A program made the position numbers and the translations under genes. A stretch of 64,000 nucleotides of DNA. It comes from an uncultured Fibrobacteraceae bacterium (GTDB lineage: Bacteria > Krumholzibacteriota > Krumholzibacteriia > LZORAL124-64-63). The stretch lies in assembly GCA_964389015.1 (NCBI GenBank), contig CAYMCR010000001.1:4561-68560 (forward strand), given 5' to 3'. Under the pieces are notes generated by a model. It ran no database searches. It was given only the letters and a program-made list of their open reading frames with translations, and was not told the origin of the DNA. The first letter of the stretch is position 1. Each line of letters begins with the position of its first letter. This document shows, in pieces, positions 36,354 through 46,162 of the stretch.

Positions 36354-37034
36354 CTAGACGAACCAGGTGTTGCAGAACTGGATGACGGCGGCCGTCGCCA
36401 GGGGCATCGTCAGATTGTCCCAACGTCCCGGCGTCCAGCGCTCCATGGTGGCGGATGCGACGCCGCCGGCGACGGTCAGCAGCAGGGAAGCGTCGCTTAC
36501 CAGCGAAATGACGAGCATCGAGACCAGGAAACAGGCCGACGTGCCGACCCAGGTCTTGTTGCCGCGCTTGCTCACCACGGGTGCCCGGGTGCCGTCACCC
36601 TTCTCCAGGCCGAGCTGTTGCCGGCGGAAGGAGACTGCCTGTCCCACGATGGCCGCCGCCGAATCGCCCCAAGATAAGCACAGGATGCCCGCGGCCGCCG
36701 GTACGGCGGGGAACAGGAAAGACGTGATCGTGGCCCCGATCATCATCACCGAGGCACCGGAGAGCGTATAGCGCTCGTCGCGCCGGAAGATCAGCGGGAA
36801 GGTCCGGTATAACCAGAGCGCCCAGCGTTTGGTGGCCAGACGGGCCAGGTCGGTGGAGATGACGAAAACCGTCGCCGCCGCCAGGCCGGCCGTGCACAGC
36901 GGCTCGTCGATCAGCAGCACCCAGACGGCGAAGATCGTCGAGGATATATGAATGGCCTTGCGGCCCCATTCGACGCTCTCGCGCCAGGTACGGGGCTGCG
37001 GTCTGGTTGAGCTGCCGGTCTTCTGAGGTGTCAT
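36354..37034 (-). CDS. Polytopic membrane protein of the CTP-dependent transferase/kinase superfamily (CdsA / dolichol-phytol kinase-like)
   Basis: About 226 aa with 5-6 TM segments. Motifs WGDSAAAIVGQ and KRGNKTWVGT resemble the GDxxAxxxG / K..KTWxG signature of the CTP_transf_1-like family. Start set at the MTPQKT ATG, +/-3 nt. A 12-nt gap separates it from the secA start. Confidence 0.5.
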   Translation of the reverse strand: MTPQKTGSSTRPQPRTWRESVEWGRKAIHISSTIFAVWVLLIDEPLCTAGLAAATVFVISTDLARLATKRWALWLYRTFPLIFRRDERYTLSGASVMMIGATITSFLFPAVPAAAGILCLSWGDSAAAIVGQAVSFRRQQLGLEKGDGTRAPVVSKRGNKTWVGTSACFLVSMLVISLVSDASLLLTVAGGVASATMERWTPGRWDNLTMPLATAAVIQFCNTWFV

Positions 37035-37053
37035 AGTCCCTTTTCTCTGCCAC

Positions 37054-39234
37054 TTAGCGCGTCTCGGAAGCCGCTGGCTGCTCGCCCTCGGCACCACGCA
37101 GTATCCAGGCATATATCAGTCTGTCGATCAACACCTTTTCCACGTAGCGCCGGGTTTCGGGATAGCCGATCCAGGCCAGGAAGGTGGTCGGCGGTGCTCC
37201 CGCCCCCAGTTGGGCGTCCCAACGCTTGACGGCGGACGGACCGGCGTTGTAGGCCGCCAGCGTGCGGTAGGGATCGCCGTCGTAGCGGCGGCTGTTATTG
37301 GCGAGCAGGTCGAGACCGGCCGCCAGGGAGGCCGCGAGTTTGCGCCAGACCACTTCGCCTTCGTGGTAGCCGCGTCCCGGGTAGTGGAAGGGCATGATCT
37401 GCATCCAGCCCAGGGCGCCGGAACGGGAGCGCACGGCTGGATCGAAAAGCGACTCGTTGCGGGCGACGGCGAGGACCAGGGCGGGATCGACACCGCTTGC
37501 CCTCAGCTTGTCCATTACGAAGGGAGCCGCCGGCACCGGATAGAGCAGAAGCAGATACTCGTCCTGAGTGAGTCCCGGACGAGACATGGCTACGGTGGTC
37601 GCGAGCTGTCCGCGGGCATCGCCTAGCAGCAGGGATACGCCCAGCAGGAGGTGCTTCTCGAGATTCGATTTGGCGCGGGCGGTCAGGTCGGTGATCGGTG
37701 TCTCGGAGGCCGCGAGAGCACCGTCAGCACGTTCGACCATGGCGCAGGCCAAGGCCCAGTCCAGGGCCCTCTCCCGCCAGGGCATGAGGCGCAGGGCGTG
37801 GTCGATGGCTCGCCGGGCAGAGAATTCCGGTGAGGTGGGCGGTCCACCCGCCGCGAACTCCTGGTCCAGTATGTCGCCGTACTCACGCCAGCGCAGATCG
37901 GCATGATTACGGGCCAGACGTGCGCCGAGACGCGCCCAGGTGCGCCAGGCCCTTGCTCGGGCTTTGGTCGGATCCGCGTTGAACGGCGCCGTGACCAAGC
38001 GGTCGGCCTGGCCGGCCCGGACGAGGTCGGCGGCACTTGCAAGTCGACCGTTTTCAGTAGCCGTGCTCCGCGGGTCAAGCAGCTCGAGCAGCAGCTCCGA
38101 GGCGCGAGACATGCCCTGGTGCGCCGAAAGAGCCGCGACACGTTCGGTCTCGTGGCGAATCCGCTCGATAACACGGCGTTTGCCGCTTCTCTCCGCCGAC
38201 ATCTGCGCGGTCCTCAGATTCGGTACGACGCTACCCCAGTAACCGGCCGAGGCCTGCTTGTCGGCCGCCCGGCGCAGATATCCTGCCCGGTGTTCGTGAG
38301 TGATTCCGGGCAGAGACGCCAGCTTCTCGGCCACGGTGGCCGTGTGTCCGAGCAGTCGCCACCGCCCTCGCAGCCAATATTCCTGAAGTCGTGCGCCGAC
38401 AGGGAGATCCGGGTATAAGCCAAAGTGCCGCCTCAAGGCCGACTTGGGCAGGACGGCGGCCCCGAGCGCTGATTTCGCATCCCGCGCAAAGGGGCTCCGG
38501 TCGATATCGCGCGAAGTGAGACCGGTTGTACCCAGACTGGCCAGGAAGAGGACCGTTTTCAAGTCCCCGGGAGACGGGGGCAGCAATGGCCGTCCCAGAT
38601 GGCGTCTATGCACCGACCAGATGGCCCAGCCTGAATTTCGATCGTAGGGCCCGAGGTCGAGGAGTTCGGGCCAGAGAACATCCGGTGCGGGCGTCCGACC
38701 GAGCCCAGCACGCAAGGCGCGCTGGCGAAGCGACCAGACGAAGCGCTCCAGATCATCGATGGAACCGTCGGGCAGGGACGTCAATAGAGAGTCGATCCTG
38801 GCCAGGGCACCGCTGAGCTCACCGGCCTGAACCATGTCGAGGACGCTCATGGTCATCTCGCCCTTCCACTGGGCCGGACGCGTGAGCCGGTCACCGCAAC
38901 ACTCGAGATCATCACGGGTTTCCCAGAGACGAATCCGGTCGGTCAGCCAGGTGCGCGCCTCGGTGTCGGTCGTGAAGCAGGACCTCAGACCGATTGCTTG
39001 ATCGAGGAAGGCCGCAGGATCGTGCGACGCTACAGCCCAGGCCGCCTCCCACGCCGTAGACCGCTGGGCCGGTGCGAAGAGGCCGGCGGGCCAGCCGTCG
39101 ACCAACTCGAGGTCCTCGGCCGCGCGGTGGCGTCCTACGCGCAGGTCCTCGACGAAAGGATCCAGCGGCGGCGTCGCCGAGGCACACGTCGCGTACAGGA
39201 GGAGCGCAAAGACCAGGATCCGTCCGGTGCTCAT
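37054..39234 (-). CDS. slt: Soluble lytic murein transglycosylase (Slt70-like; superhelical N-domain + C-terminal SLT domain)
   Basis: Start moved to ATG 39232-39234 (MSTGRILVFALLLYATCASA signal peptide), which overlaps the protease stop (ATGA). C-terminal SLT motif ESLFDPAVRSRSGALGWMQIMP...AYNAGP. Confidence 0.8.
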   Translation of the reverse strand: MSTGRILVFALLLYATCASATPPLDPFVEDLRVGRHRAAEDLELVDGWPAGLFAPAQRSTAWEAAWAVASHDPAAFLDQAIGLRSCFTTDTEARTWLTDRIRLWETRDDLECCGDRLTRPAQWKGEMTMSVLDMVQAGELSGALARIDSLLTSLPDGSIDDLERFVWSLRQRALRAGLGRTPAPDVLWPELLDLGPYDRNSGWAIWSVHRRHLGRPLLPPSPGDLKTVLFLASLGTTGLTSRDIDRSPFARDAKSALGAAVLPKSALRRHFGLYPDLPVGARLQEYWLRGRWRLLGHTATVAEKLASLPGITHEHRAGYLRRAADKQASAGYWGSVVPNLRTAQMSAERSGKRRVIERIRHETERVAALSAHQGMSRASELLLELLDPRSTATENGRLASAADLVRAGQADRLVTAPFNADPTKARARAWRTWARLGARLARNHADLRWREYGDILDQEFAAGGPPTSPEFSARRAIDHALRLMPWRERALDWALACAMVERADGALAASETPITDLTARAKSNLEKHLLLGVSLLLGDARGQLATTVAMSRPGLTQDEYLLLLYPVPAAPFVMDKLRASGVDPALVLAVARNESLFDPAVRSRSGALGWMQIMPFHYPGRGYHEGEVVWRKLAASLAAGLDLLANNSRRYDGDPYRTLAAYNAGPSAVKRWDAQLGAGAPPTTFLAWIGYPETRRYVEKVLIDRLIYAWILRGAEGEQPAASETR

Positions 39235-42050
39235 CGGAGCAAGGTCACCTTTCGACTGAAGACGCGGCTGCCGTCGTGGGTAGAGAGTCTCAGCAGATAG
39301 AAGCCCGCCGGTACTGTCCGTCCCGCCTCGTCGCGACCGTCCCAGTTCAACTGATAGGTGCCGCGAGCGAGCCACCACTCGCGCACCTGGCGCCCGCGCA
39401 GGTCGTAGACGCCGAGCCGGCAGGCCAGCCCTTCGTACTGCACGAGGAAACGCGTGTCGCCGGAGAAGGGGTTCGGCCCCGGCTTGCCGAGGAAAAGCAC
39501 GGGCTCGACGGTCGGCGCGACGAGCACTCCGTGCCGCGAGACGACCTCGCCGATGTCGATGCGCACCCTGGCCCTGAGCAGCGTATGTTGCGACAGGGCG
39601 CCGGCCGGCAGGACCAGCTGGTTCGCGGGGAACAGCATGTCAGCGGGCGCATGGCCGAAGGGCACGCCGCCTTCCCAGATCGTCGTCCAGACGGTCCCGC
39701 CGTCGAGACTCGCCTCGAGGGTGATCCACTCCGGCGTCTCCCATGGCCAGGACAGGGCCACGCCGTCGCGGGTCTCGTCCCAGGCGGGCGCGAAGGGCGC
39801 CGCAGCCGACGCGGGGTTCACGAAATCCATCCTGGCGATGAGCCAGCCGCGCCCGCGCCACAGGGGATCGCTGGCGAAGTGCAGGCCGAGCCGCGTCAGA
39901 CCCGGCTCTGGCTCTGGCAGAGGGAAATAGTCGATCCGCCAGCGGGGGGAGTCTTCGGCGGTCAGGTCGCCCAGTCCGATGAAAGCCGGCTGCCCCAGCA
40001 GAGGGTTGGCGACGGAGCTGTCGATCGAGCCCGGGTACCCCCCCGCCGGCACGAGCAGGTTGACTGATCCCTCGTCATCGTGGGCCGAGACTTGTGCGCC
40101 GTCGGTGCCCATCAGGGGCTCGTAGGCGTGCGCGTCCAGGGCGTGGATCATGCGCAGGACGCGGCCGTCCGTGTGAAAGGGTGGCGACAGGATACGGGCC
40201 TCGGCGGCGTTCTGGTAGGTCACGTCGGGCCACGACGCGCCGTCCTCGAACGCGCCGCCGGTGCAAGCGAGCAGGGGGACAGCGGGCAGGCCGGGCGCCG
40301 CGTTCGCCGGCCACGCATGCCATCGCGTGTCGTCACCGCCGACCAGCATTTGCACCCAGCCGCCGGTCAAGGGAACGCTCAGGGCCAGAGGCGATTCCTC
40401 TTGGCGCCAAAGCCAGCTGCGTTGGTACACACCGAGGGTCTCGCCGTCCCTCACGAGTTCGATCGCGAACAGGGTGTACGCCCCCGCGGGCGGTTCACCT
40501 GCCGGCAACCAGACGATGGGTTCGCTCAGGGTCCATACACCGCCGCCCGCGTGCAGCAGATCGCGCGCGACAGACAAAACGCCGGGCGCGAAAGCGCCCC
40601 AGTTGTCGAGGGGGATGAACAGGCTCACGTTCACGGCGATAGTCTCGGCGGTCACGGAGGGATCGAGGATCTCGATCGCGATGAGGGAATCCTCCCCCGT
40701 CGTCGTAACACTCAGCTCCAGCTGCAAGGGGTGCCCGGGGAGCGAGTAGTCGACGGTGACGCCGTCGTCGACCAGCGAGAAGGCACAGGCGATGCCGCTG
40801 GGGCCGGTGTAGGCGTCGCTGTCGGGGATGGAAGTCTGGTCCCAGTTCGCCGGGCCGGCGCCGGGCGGAAACATGTCGCCCGGTCCGCCGGACGACTCCC
40901 CCGCGGCCAGGTCGTCGATCCCGTCGGCTTCCACCAGACGCACGCGGAGATGGGACTGCTCGCCGACGGAATAGGCCCCGTCCGGCACCGACTCGTCCAC
41001 ATGATAGACGACGAGACGTGGTTCGGGGAAGGCTGCATCGTAGGGCGCGTCGTCGAAACCGCCGCGTACCTGGAGCAGGAAGTACTCATCGTCGGTGATG
41101 CCGTCGACGGGAAACCTCAGCACCTCGCTTGTCAGCAGGGTGTCGGTCGCCACGGCGCCGCCGAGCGGTTGCCGGGAAACGACCCAGCCCAACTGGGCGG
41201 CGCTGTAGGCGTCGAGCAGGGCGGCGCCGGTGCCGTCGCCACGTCCCCAGGCGCCGGCCGCCATGAGGCTGAAGGCCCCGAGTCCGCCGAGGCTCACCGC
41301 GCTGTCGGCGTCCGGCGACAGGAAGGGGTCGTAACGGTCCTCGAGACCCAGCAGGTGGGCCGTCTCGTGGGCCCAGATCCCAGGTCCGCTGTGCAGGCTG
41401 GCCACCGCGTAGTGCTGGGCGGCGATCCCGTCCAGAAGGTAAGGCGTCTCCAGGTAGTATTGCAGGGGGACCACACGGCCGTTCACGGGATCGTTCTCCA
41501 GACCGGGGGCGGCGTGCAGGACGAGCACGCCGTCCACGACGCCGTCACCGTCGGCGTCCGCGGAGCCTAAGGGGACGCCTGCCGCGGCGGCGCCCGTGAT
41601 GCTTTGCCGGGCCAGGGCGCGGGTGCGCGTGAAACCGTTGAGATACAGGTCCGAGTAGTCGGCGGCTTCGCCGTCGAGGTGTACCAGCGGTGACAGGACG
41701 ATGCGCAGCCAGCCGGGGATTCCGCTGACCGCGCTGAAGTAGCGTTCCAGGGTCTCCCCGTCCAGACCGGCCAGGCGGGGGGACAGATCTGCGGCGGCGT
41801 TCCAGCCGTTGGGCAGTCGCTTGTCGGCGAAGTCGACGGGGACGACCAGCAGATTGAACGCAGACGTTCCCTTGGCGGGGTCGGCGCTCAGTTCACGGAC
41901 CGCGACGCGACGGGCGGCACGCCAAGCGGACAAGGTGGGATCGGGAGACGGGGCCGCGTGAGCGAGCGTGGCGCAGAAGCACGCGACCGTCCCCAGCAGG
42001 ACGGCCGCCACGTGCGATTTCGGAAGCCTGCTTGTCAAGGCGCTCATCAT
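39231..42050 (-). CDS. Secreted M6-family (immune inhibitor A-like) zinc metalloprotease with a T9SS-type C-terminal sorting domain
   Basis: Signal peptide MMSALTSRLPKSHVAAVLLGTVACFCATLAHA. Zn site WAHETAHLLGLEDRYD (HExxH..E..Y), typical of M6/InhA. The C-terminal ~85 aa (KPGPNPFSGDTRFLVQYEG...GVYDLRGRQVREW...GFYLLRLSTHDGSRVFSRKVTLLR) match the Por secretion tail / FlgD-Ig-like CTD pattern. Confidence 0.8.
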   Translation of the reverse strand: MMSALTSRLPKSHVAAVLLGTVACFCATLAHAAPSPDPTLSAWRAARRVAVRELSADPAKGTSAFNLLVVPVDFADKRLPNGWNAAADLSPRLAGLDGETLERYFSAVSGIPGWLRIVLSPLVHLDGEAADYSDLYLNGFTRTRALARQSITGAAAAGVPLGSADADGDGVVDGVLVLHAAPGLENDPVNGRVVPLQYYLETPYLLDGIAAQHYAVASLHSGPGIWAHETAHLLGLEDRYDPFLSPDADSAVSLGGLGAFSLMAAGAWGRGDGTGAALLDAYSAAQLGWVVSRQPLGGAVATDTLLTSEVLRFPVDGITDDEYFLLQVRGGFDDAPYDAAFPEPRLVVYHVDESVPDGAYSVGEQSHLRVRLVEADGIDDLAAGESSGGPGDMFPPGAGPANWDQTSIPDSDAYTGPSGIACAFSLVDDGVTVDYSLPGHPLQLELSVTTTGEDSLIAIEILDPSVTAETIAVNVSLFIPLDNWGAFAPGVLSVARDLLHAGGGVWTLSEPIVWLPAGEPPAGAYTLFAIELVRDGETLGVYQRSWLWRQEESPLALSVPLTGGWVQMLVGGDDTRWHAWPANAAPGLPAVPLLACTGGAFEDGASWPDVTYQNAAEARILSPPFHTDGRVLRMIHALDAHAYEPLMGTDGAQVSAHDDEGSVNLLVPAGGYPGSIDSSVANPLLGQPAFIGLGDLTAEDSPRWRIDYFPLPEPEPGLTRLGLHFASDPLWRGRGWLIARMDFVNPASAAAPFAPAWDETRDGVALSWPWETPEWITLEASLDGGTVWTTIWEGGVPFGHAPADMLFPANQLVLPAGALSQHTLLRARVRIDIGEVVSRHGVLVAPTVEPVLFLGKPGPNPFSGDTRFLVQYEGLACRLGVYDLRGRQVREWWLARGTYQLNWDGRDEAGRTVPAGFYLLRLSTHDGSRVFSRKVTLLR

Positions 42051-42062
42051 GAAGCGGGTGGC

Positions 42063-43613
42063 TCACTCCCATTCAATGGTGCTCGGCGGCTTGCTGCTGA
42101 CGTCGTAGACCACACGGTTGATGCCGGGCACCTCGTTGATGATGCGGTTGCTCACGCGCGCCAGCACTTCGTCGGGGATACGGGCCCAGTCCGCGGTCAT
42201 GCCGTCTTGGCTGGTGACGGCTCGCAGGGCCACCACCGCCTCGTAGGTGCGCTGGTCCCCCATGACGCCCACGGTCCGGATGGGCAACAGTACGGCGCCT
42301 GCCTGCCAGATCCTGTCGTACTCGCCGCTCTCGAGCAGCTCCTGGATGAATATATGGTCGGCCTGCTGCAGGAGTCTAACCCCGTCGCGGGTCACCTCCC
42401 CCAGAATCCGCACGCCCAGTCCCGGTCCCGGGAACGGATGGCGCATCAGCAACGTGTCGGGAATGCCCAGACTGCGCCCGACGCGCCGGACCTCGTCCTT
42501 GAAGAGCTCGCCGAGGGGTTCGAGCAACTCGAAGCCCAGCTCCTCCGGCAGGCCGCCCACGTTGTGGTGGGTCTTGATGATGTGCGAGGGGCCGTTCACC
42601 GAGACCGACTCGATGCGGTCCGGATAGAGGGTGCCCTGGGCCAGGAAGGCGAAGGGCCCCAGGTCCAAGGTCGCGGACTTGAAGACTTCGATGAAGGTGT
42701 TGCCGATGATCTTGCGCTTGAGCTCAGGCTCGGTCACGCCGCGCAAGCCGTTCAGGAAGGCGTTGCGGGCGTCGACGCGCAGGACCGGACGGTGCAGGAA
42801 GGCGTTGAGGTTGCGCTCGACCTCGCTGGCCTCGCCGAGCCGCAACAGACCGTTGTCGACGAACACGGTGTGCAGCTGCTCGCCGACCGCCTGGTCGATC
42901 AGCGTGGCAGCGACGGTGGAATCGACACCGCCCGAGACGCCGCACAGCACCTTGCGCTCGCCCACGCGCTCCCGGATCTCCACCACCGTGGATTCCACGA
43001 AGGTGGCGGCCGACCATTCGGTGTCGATGGCACAGATGTCGCGGCAGAAGTTGCGCAGGATCTGCAGGCCGTGCTCGGTGTGGACCACCTCGGGATGGAA
43101 CTGCACGCAATAGAAGCCGCGGCCCTCGTCGCCGGCGGCGGCGAAGGGGATCGAGCCGGAGCTGGCGAGAGGCGTGAACCCCGCGGGCAAGCTGCCGACC
43201 CGGTCGCCGTGACTCATCCAGACGTCCTGCCGGTCCGGCGTGTCGGCGAACAGACGGCTGCGCGTTCCGCAGTCGATGGTCGCGGGGCCGTATTCCCGCT
43301 GCGTCGAGGCCTCGATCGTGCCGCCCAGCTTGCGACACATGAGCTGCATGCCGTAGCAGATGCCGAGCAGCGGCTTGCCCTGCCCGAAGAGCTCGTTCCC
43401 GATGTCGGGTGCGCCCTCCTCGTAGACCGAGGACGGACCGCCGGAAAGGACGACGCCCCTGATCTCATCGCGTTCGAGCAGTTCCCGATACCGGTCATAG
43501 GGGTAGATCTCGGAGAAGACACCGACCTCGCGCAGACGGCGCGCGATGAGCTGGGTGTACTGGGATCCGAAATCTAGGACCGCCACCTCGGGCTGATGTC
43601 GCTGCTGGTTCAT
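42063..43613 (-). CDS. guaA: GMP synthase (glutamine-hydrolysing)
   Basis: GATase-1 N-terminus (VAVLDFGSQYTQLIARRLRE; GICYGMQL catalytic Cys). ATP-PPase SGGVDSTV. C-terminal ...IEWE. Confidence 0.95.
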   Translation of the reverse strand: MNQQRHQPEVAVLDFGSQYTQLIARRLREVGVFSEIYPYDRYRELLERDEIRGVVLSGGPSSVYEEGAPDIGNELFGQGKPLLGICYGMQLMCRKLGGTIEASTQREYGPATIDCGTRSRLFADTPDRQDVWMSHGDRVGSLPAGFTPLASSGSIPFAAAGDEGRGFYCVQFHPEVVHTEHGLQILRNFCRDICAIDTEWSAATFVESTVVEIRERVGERKVLCGVSGGVDSTVAATLIDQAVGEQLHTVFVDNGLLRLGEASEVERNLNAFLHRPVLRVDARNAFLNGLRGVTEPELKRKIIGNTFIEVFKSATLDLGPFAFLAQGTLYPDRIESVSVNGPSHIIKTHHNVGGLPEELGFELLEPLGELFKDEVRRVGRSLGIPDTLLMRHPFPGPGLGVRILGEVTRDGVRLLQQADHIFIQELLESGEYDRIWQAGAVLLPIRTVGVMGDQRTYEAVVALRAVTSQDGMTADWARIPDEVLARVSNRIINEVPGINRVVYDVSSKPPSTIEWE

Positions 43614-43632
43614 GTTCCTGGTCCTGACCCGG

Positions 43633-45177
43633 TCAATGCCGGAAATGTCTGCGGTTCGTATGGATCAGCGTGACGCCGAGACGTTCGGCGGCCGCGATGA
43701 CTTCCTCGTCCCGGATCGAGCCGCCCGGCGCGATGACACCGGTCACGCCGGCCGCGTGCAGGTGCTCGATGCTGTCGGCGAAGGGGAAAAAAGCGTCGGA
43801 GGCGCAAACACAGCCGTGCAGATCGAGTTCCTGGTCGCTCGCCTTGCGGATGGCGATGCGGGTGGAATCGACCCGGCTCATCTGTCCCGCGCCGATACCA
43901 AGCGTGTTCTCGTGATCGCCGAGTACGATGGCATTGCTCTTGACGTGCTTGCAGACGCGCCAGTTCAACGTCAGCGCGGCGTGCAGGCGCTCGTCCGGGG
44001 CGGGGCCGGCGACGTGCTGCCAGTCGTCCAGCTCCGGAAAGCCCTCATCCTCCTCCTGGTGGAGTTGCACCTGTCCGTAGGCGCGTCCCTGGCCGCGCGT
44101 CGCCGCCGCGAAGTTGTCGAGATCGCAGGTGAGCACGCGCAGGTTCTTCTTCTTCTGCAACGTGGCCAGCGCGCCGTCCGAGAAGGCCGGCGCCAGCACC
44201 ACTTCGCAGAAACGCTTGCGCAGGATCGCCACCGTGTCGTCGTCGACCTCGCAGGTGAAGGCGAAGATGCCGCCGAAGGCGGAGTCCGGGTCGCAGCGCA
44301 AGGCGCGTTCCAGGGCGGCGGCCGGCGTGGGGCCGGTCCCCACGCCACAGGGGTTGGTGTGCTTGATGGCGGCGCAGCAGATGCCTTCGAGATCGCCGAC
44401 GAGCTTGGCCGACGCGATCACGTCGATGAGATTGTTGTAGGAAAGCGTCTTGCCGTTCCACTGGCGCATGCCGAGCCCCGCCAGGGGATCGTCCGTATCG
44501 TCTCCCGGCAGGAAGAGTTCCGCCTGCTGATGGGGGTTCTCGCCGTAGCGCAGCTCCACACCCAGGTGACCGTCGTGGACGTCGCCCGCGAAGTAGTCGG
44601 CGATCTGGGCGTCGTAGTCCGTGACCAGGGCGAAGGTCTCCGTGGCCATGCGGCGCCGGAATTCCGCAGCGGGGAAACCAGCGCCGGTCCCGCAGGCCTG
44701 GACGAATTCGTCGTAGTGTTGCGGATCGCTGAGCACGCAGACCCGGTCGTGGTTCTTGGCGGCGGCGCGCAGCAGGGAGGGACCACCGATGTCGATCTTC
44801 TCGATGACGGCCGCATGTTCGGCTTTCGACGCCACCGCCGCCGCGAAGTCGTAGAGATTGCACACCACCACGTCGAAGGGGCTCACGCCCAGTTCGGCCA
44901 CGTCCGCGAAGTCCGTTTCCCGCGCTCCCAGAATGCCGCCGAAGATCCGCGGGTGCAACGTCTTGACCCGCCCGCCGAAGATCTCCGGGAAGTCGGTCAC
45001 GTCGTCGACCTCGGTCACGGAAAACCCCTCGTCGCGCAGATGCGCCGCGGTCCCCCCGCTGGCCACGAATTCATAGCCGTGACCCTGTAGAGCGGTAGCC
45101 ACGTCGGCCAGGCCGGATTTGTCCGTCACGCTGAACAGAGCCCGCCGTGGGCGCTTCAGTTCAGGATCTTGTGCCAT
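43633..45177 (-). CDS. purH: Bifunctional AICAR transformylase / IMP cyclohydrolase
   Basis: MGS-like N-terminus [15 protein letters not shown]...GGTAAHL...[17 protein letters not shown]-terminal domain. 514 aa. Confidence 0.95.
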   Translation of the reverse strand: MAQDPELKRPRRALFSVTDKSGLADVATALQGHGYEFVASGGTAAHLRDEGFSVTEVDDVTDFPEIFGGRVKTLHPRIFGGILGARETDFADVAELGVSPFDVVVCNLYDFAAAVASKAEHAAVIEKIDIGGPSLLRAAAKNHDRVCVLSDPQHYDEFVQACGTGAGFPAAEFRRRMATETFALVTDYDAQIADYFAGDVHDGHLGVELRYGENPHQQAELFLPGDDTDDPLAGLGMRQWNGKTLSYNNLIDVIASAKLVGDLEGICCAAIKHTNPCGVGTGPTPAAALERALRCDPDSAFGGIFAFTCEVDDDTVAILRKRFCEVVLAPAFSDGALATLQKKKNLRVLTCDLDNFAAATRGQGRAYGQVQLHQEEDEGFPELDDWQHVAGPAPDERLHAALTLNWRVCKHVKSNAIVLGDHENTLGIGAGQMSRVDSTRIAIRKASDQELDLHGCVCASDAFFPFADSIEHLHAAGVTGVIAPGGSIRDEEVIAAAERLGVTLIHTNRRHFRH

Positions 45178-46061
45178 CTGCGGGCCTCCTCGGCGAAGAG
45201 AATGTGGAGCACTTCGAGGTAACGTTGTGAGGTGCGTGCGAGGATCTCATCCGGCAGCACCGGGGGTGGGGGCGTCTGGTTCCAGTCGCGGGTGTCCAGG
45301 TGGTTACGCAGGATCTGCTTGTCCCAGCTGGGCGGCTCCTCCCCCGGCACGTGCTCGCTGGCTGGCCAGAAACGGCTGGAGTCCGGCGTGAGCACCTCGT
45401 CGATGAGCGCGAGCTGTCCGTCGATGGTGCCGAACTCGAACTTGGTGTCGGCGATCAACACCCCCCCCGCCTTACCGTAGGCTGCGGCGCGCGTGTAGAG
45501 GTTCAGCGTCAGGGACTCGAGTTCGGACGCGGGCTCGTCACCGATCAACGAGCGCATTTGATCAAGGTCGATATTCTCATCGTGCCCGGTCTCGGCCTTG
45601 GTCGACGGCGTGAACAACGGTCGGGACAATTGTTGCGACTTGAGCAGGCCCTGCGGCAGGGTGTGGCCGCAGATGGTTCCGTCGGCCAGGTAGGAGCGCC
45701 AGCCCGAACCGGTGATGTAGCCACGGGCGATGCATTCCACCGGAAAGGGCGTCGCCTTGCGCACCAGCATTGCGCGTCCCGCCAGTTCCGCGCGCAGATC
45801 GCGGAAGGGTGGCGGGAAGAGATCCGCCTCGGCCGTGATCAGATGGTTGGGAACTTCGTTGAAGTAATTCAGCCATGCCAGTGTCATCACTGTAAGTACG
45901 CATCCTCGACCGGGGACATTCTGATCCATCACGACATCGTAGGCCGAGATGCGGTCGGTGGCGACGATCATCAACTCCTCGCCGAGATCGAATATCTCGC
46001 GGACCTTGCCCGTGCGGTCCGGCCGCAAGCCGAGATCGACCGTGCTGCGCAATGACTGCAT
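45156..46061 (-). CDS. purC: Phosphoribosylaminoimidazole-succinocarboxamide synthase
   Basis: Start moved to the internal ATG (MQSLRSTVDLGLRPDRTGKVREIFDLGEELMIVATDRISAYD). About 301 aa, eukaryote-like long PurC form. The coordinate comes from track-frame arithmetic, +/-3 nt. Confidence 0.9.
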   Translation of the reverse strand: MQSLRSTVDLGLRPDRTGKVREIFDLGEELMIVATDRISAYDVVMDQNVPGRGCVLTVMTLAWLNYFNEVPNHLITAEADLFPPPFRDLRAELAGRAMLVRKATPFPVECIARGYITGSGWRSYLADGTICGHTLPQGLLKSQQLSRPLFTPSTKAETGHDENIDLDQMRSLIGDEPASELESLTLNLYTRAAAYGKAGGVLIADTKFEFGTIDGQLALIDEVLTPDSSRFWPASEHVPGEEPPSWDKQILRNHLDTRDWNQTPPPPVLPDEILARTSQRYLEVLHILFAEEARRWHKILN

Positions 46062-46123
46062 CTTTCTCCCGTTTCGCTGGTTTTTGGGTTCGTTCCGGGT
46101 CGTAAACCGGGTGGGACGCGGGC

Positions 46124-46152
46124 ATGTTACGCGCCTCATTGCCGGGTGTCAA
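46124..46152 (-). promoter_or_regulatory. Candidate sigma70 promoter for purC-purH-guaA (-35 TTGACA, 17-nt spacer, -10 TAACAT)
   Basis: On the minus strand: cTTGACAcccggcaatgaggcgcgTAACATgcc. Located between the comEC stop and the purC start. Confidence 0.4.
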
Positions 46153-46162
46153 GGCGATGGGG

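Noticed and set aside
37021-46140. 1-2 nt disagreements between my base-level reading and track frame arithmetic near 37034 and 46061
   Set aside because: Most likely my miscounting of homopolymer runs rather than real frameshifts. The track translations are continuous and biologically sensible, so I do not report pseudogenes.
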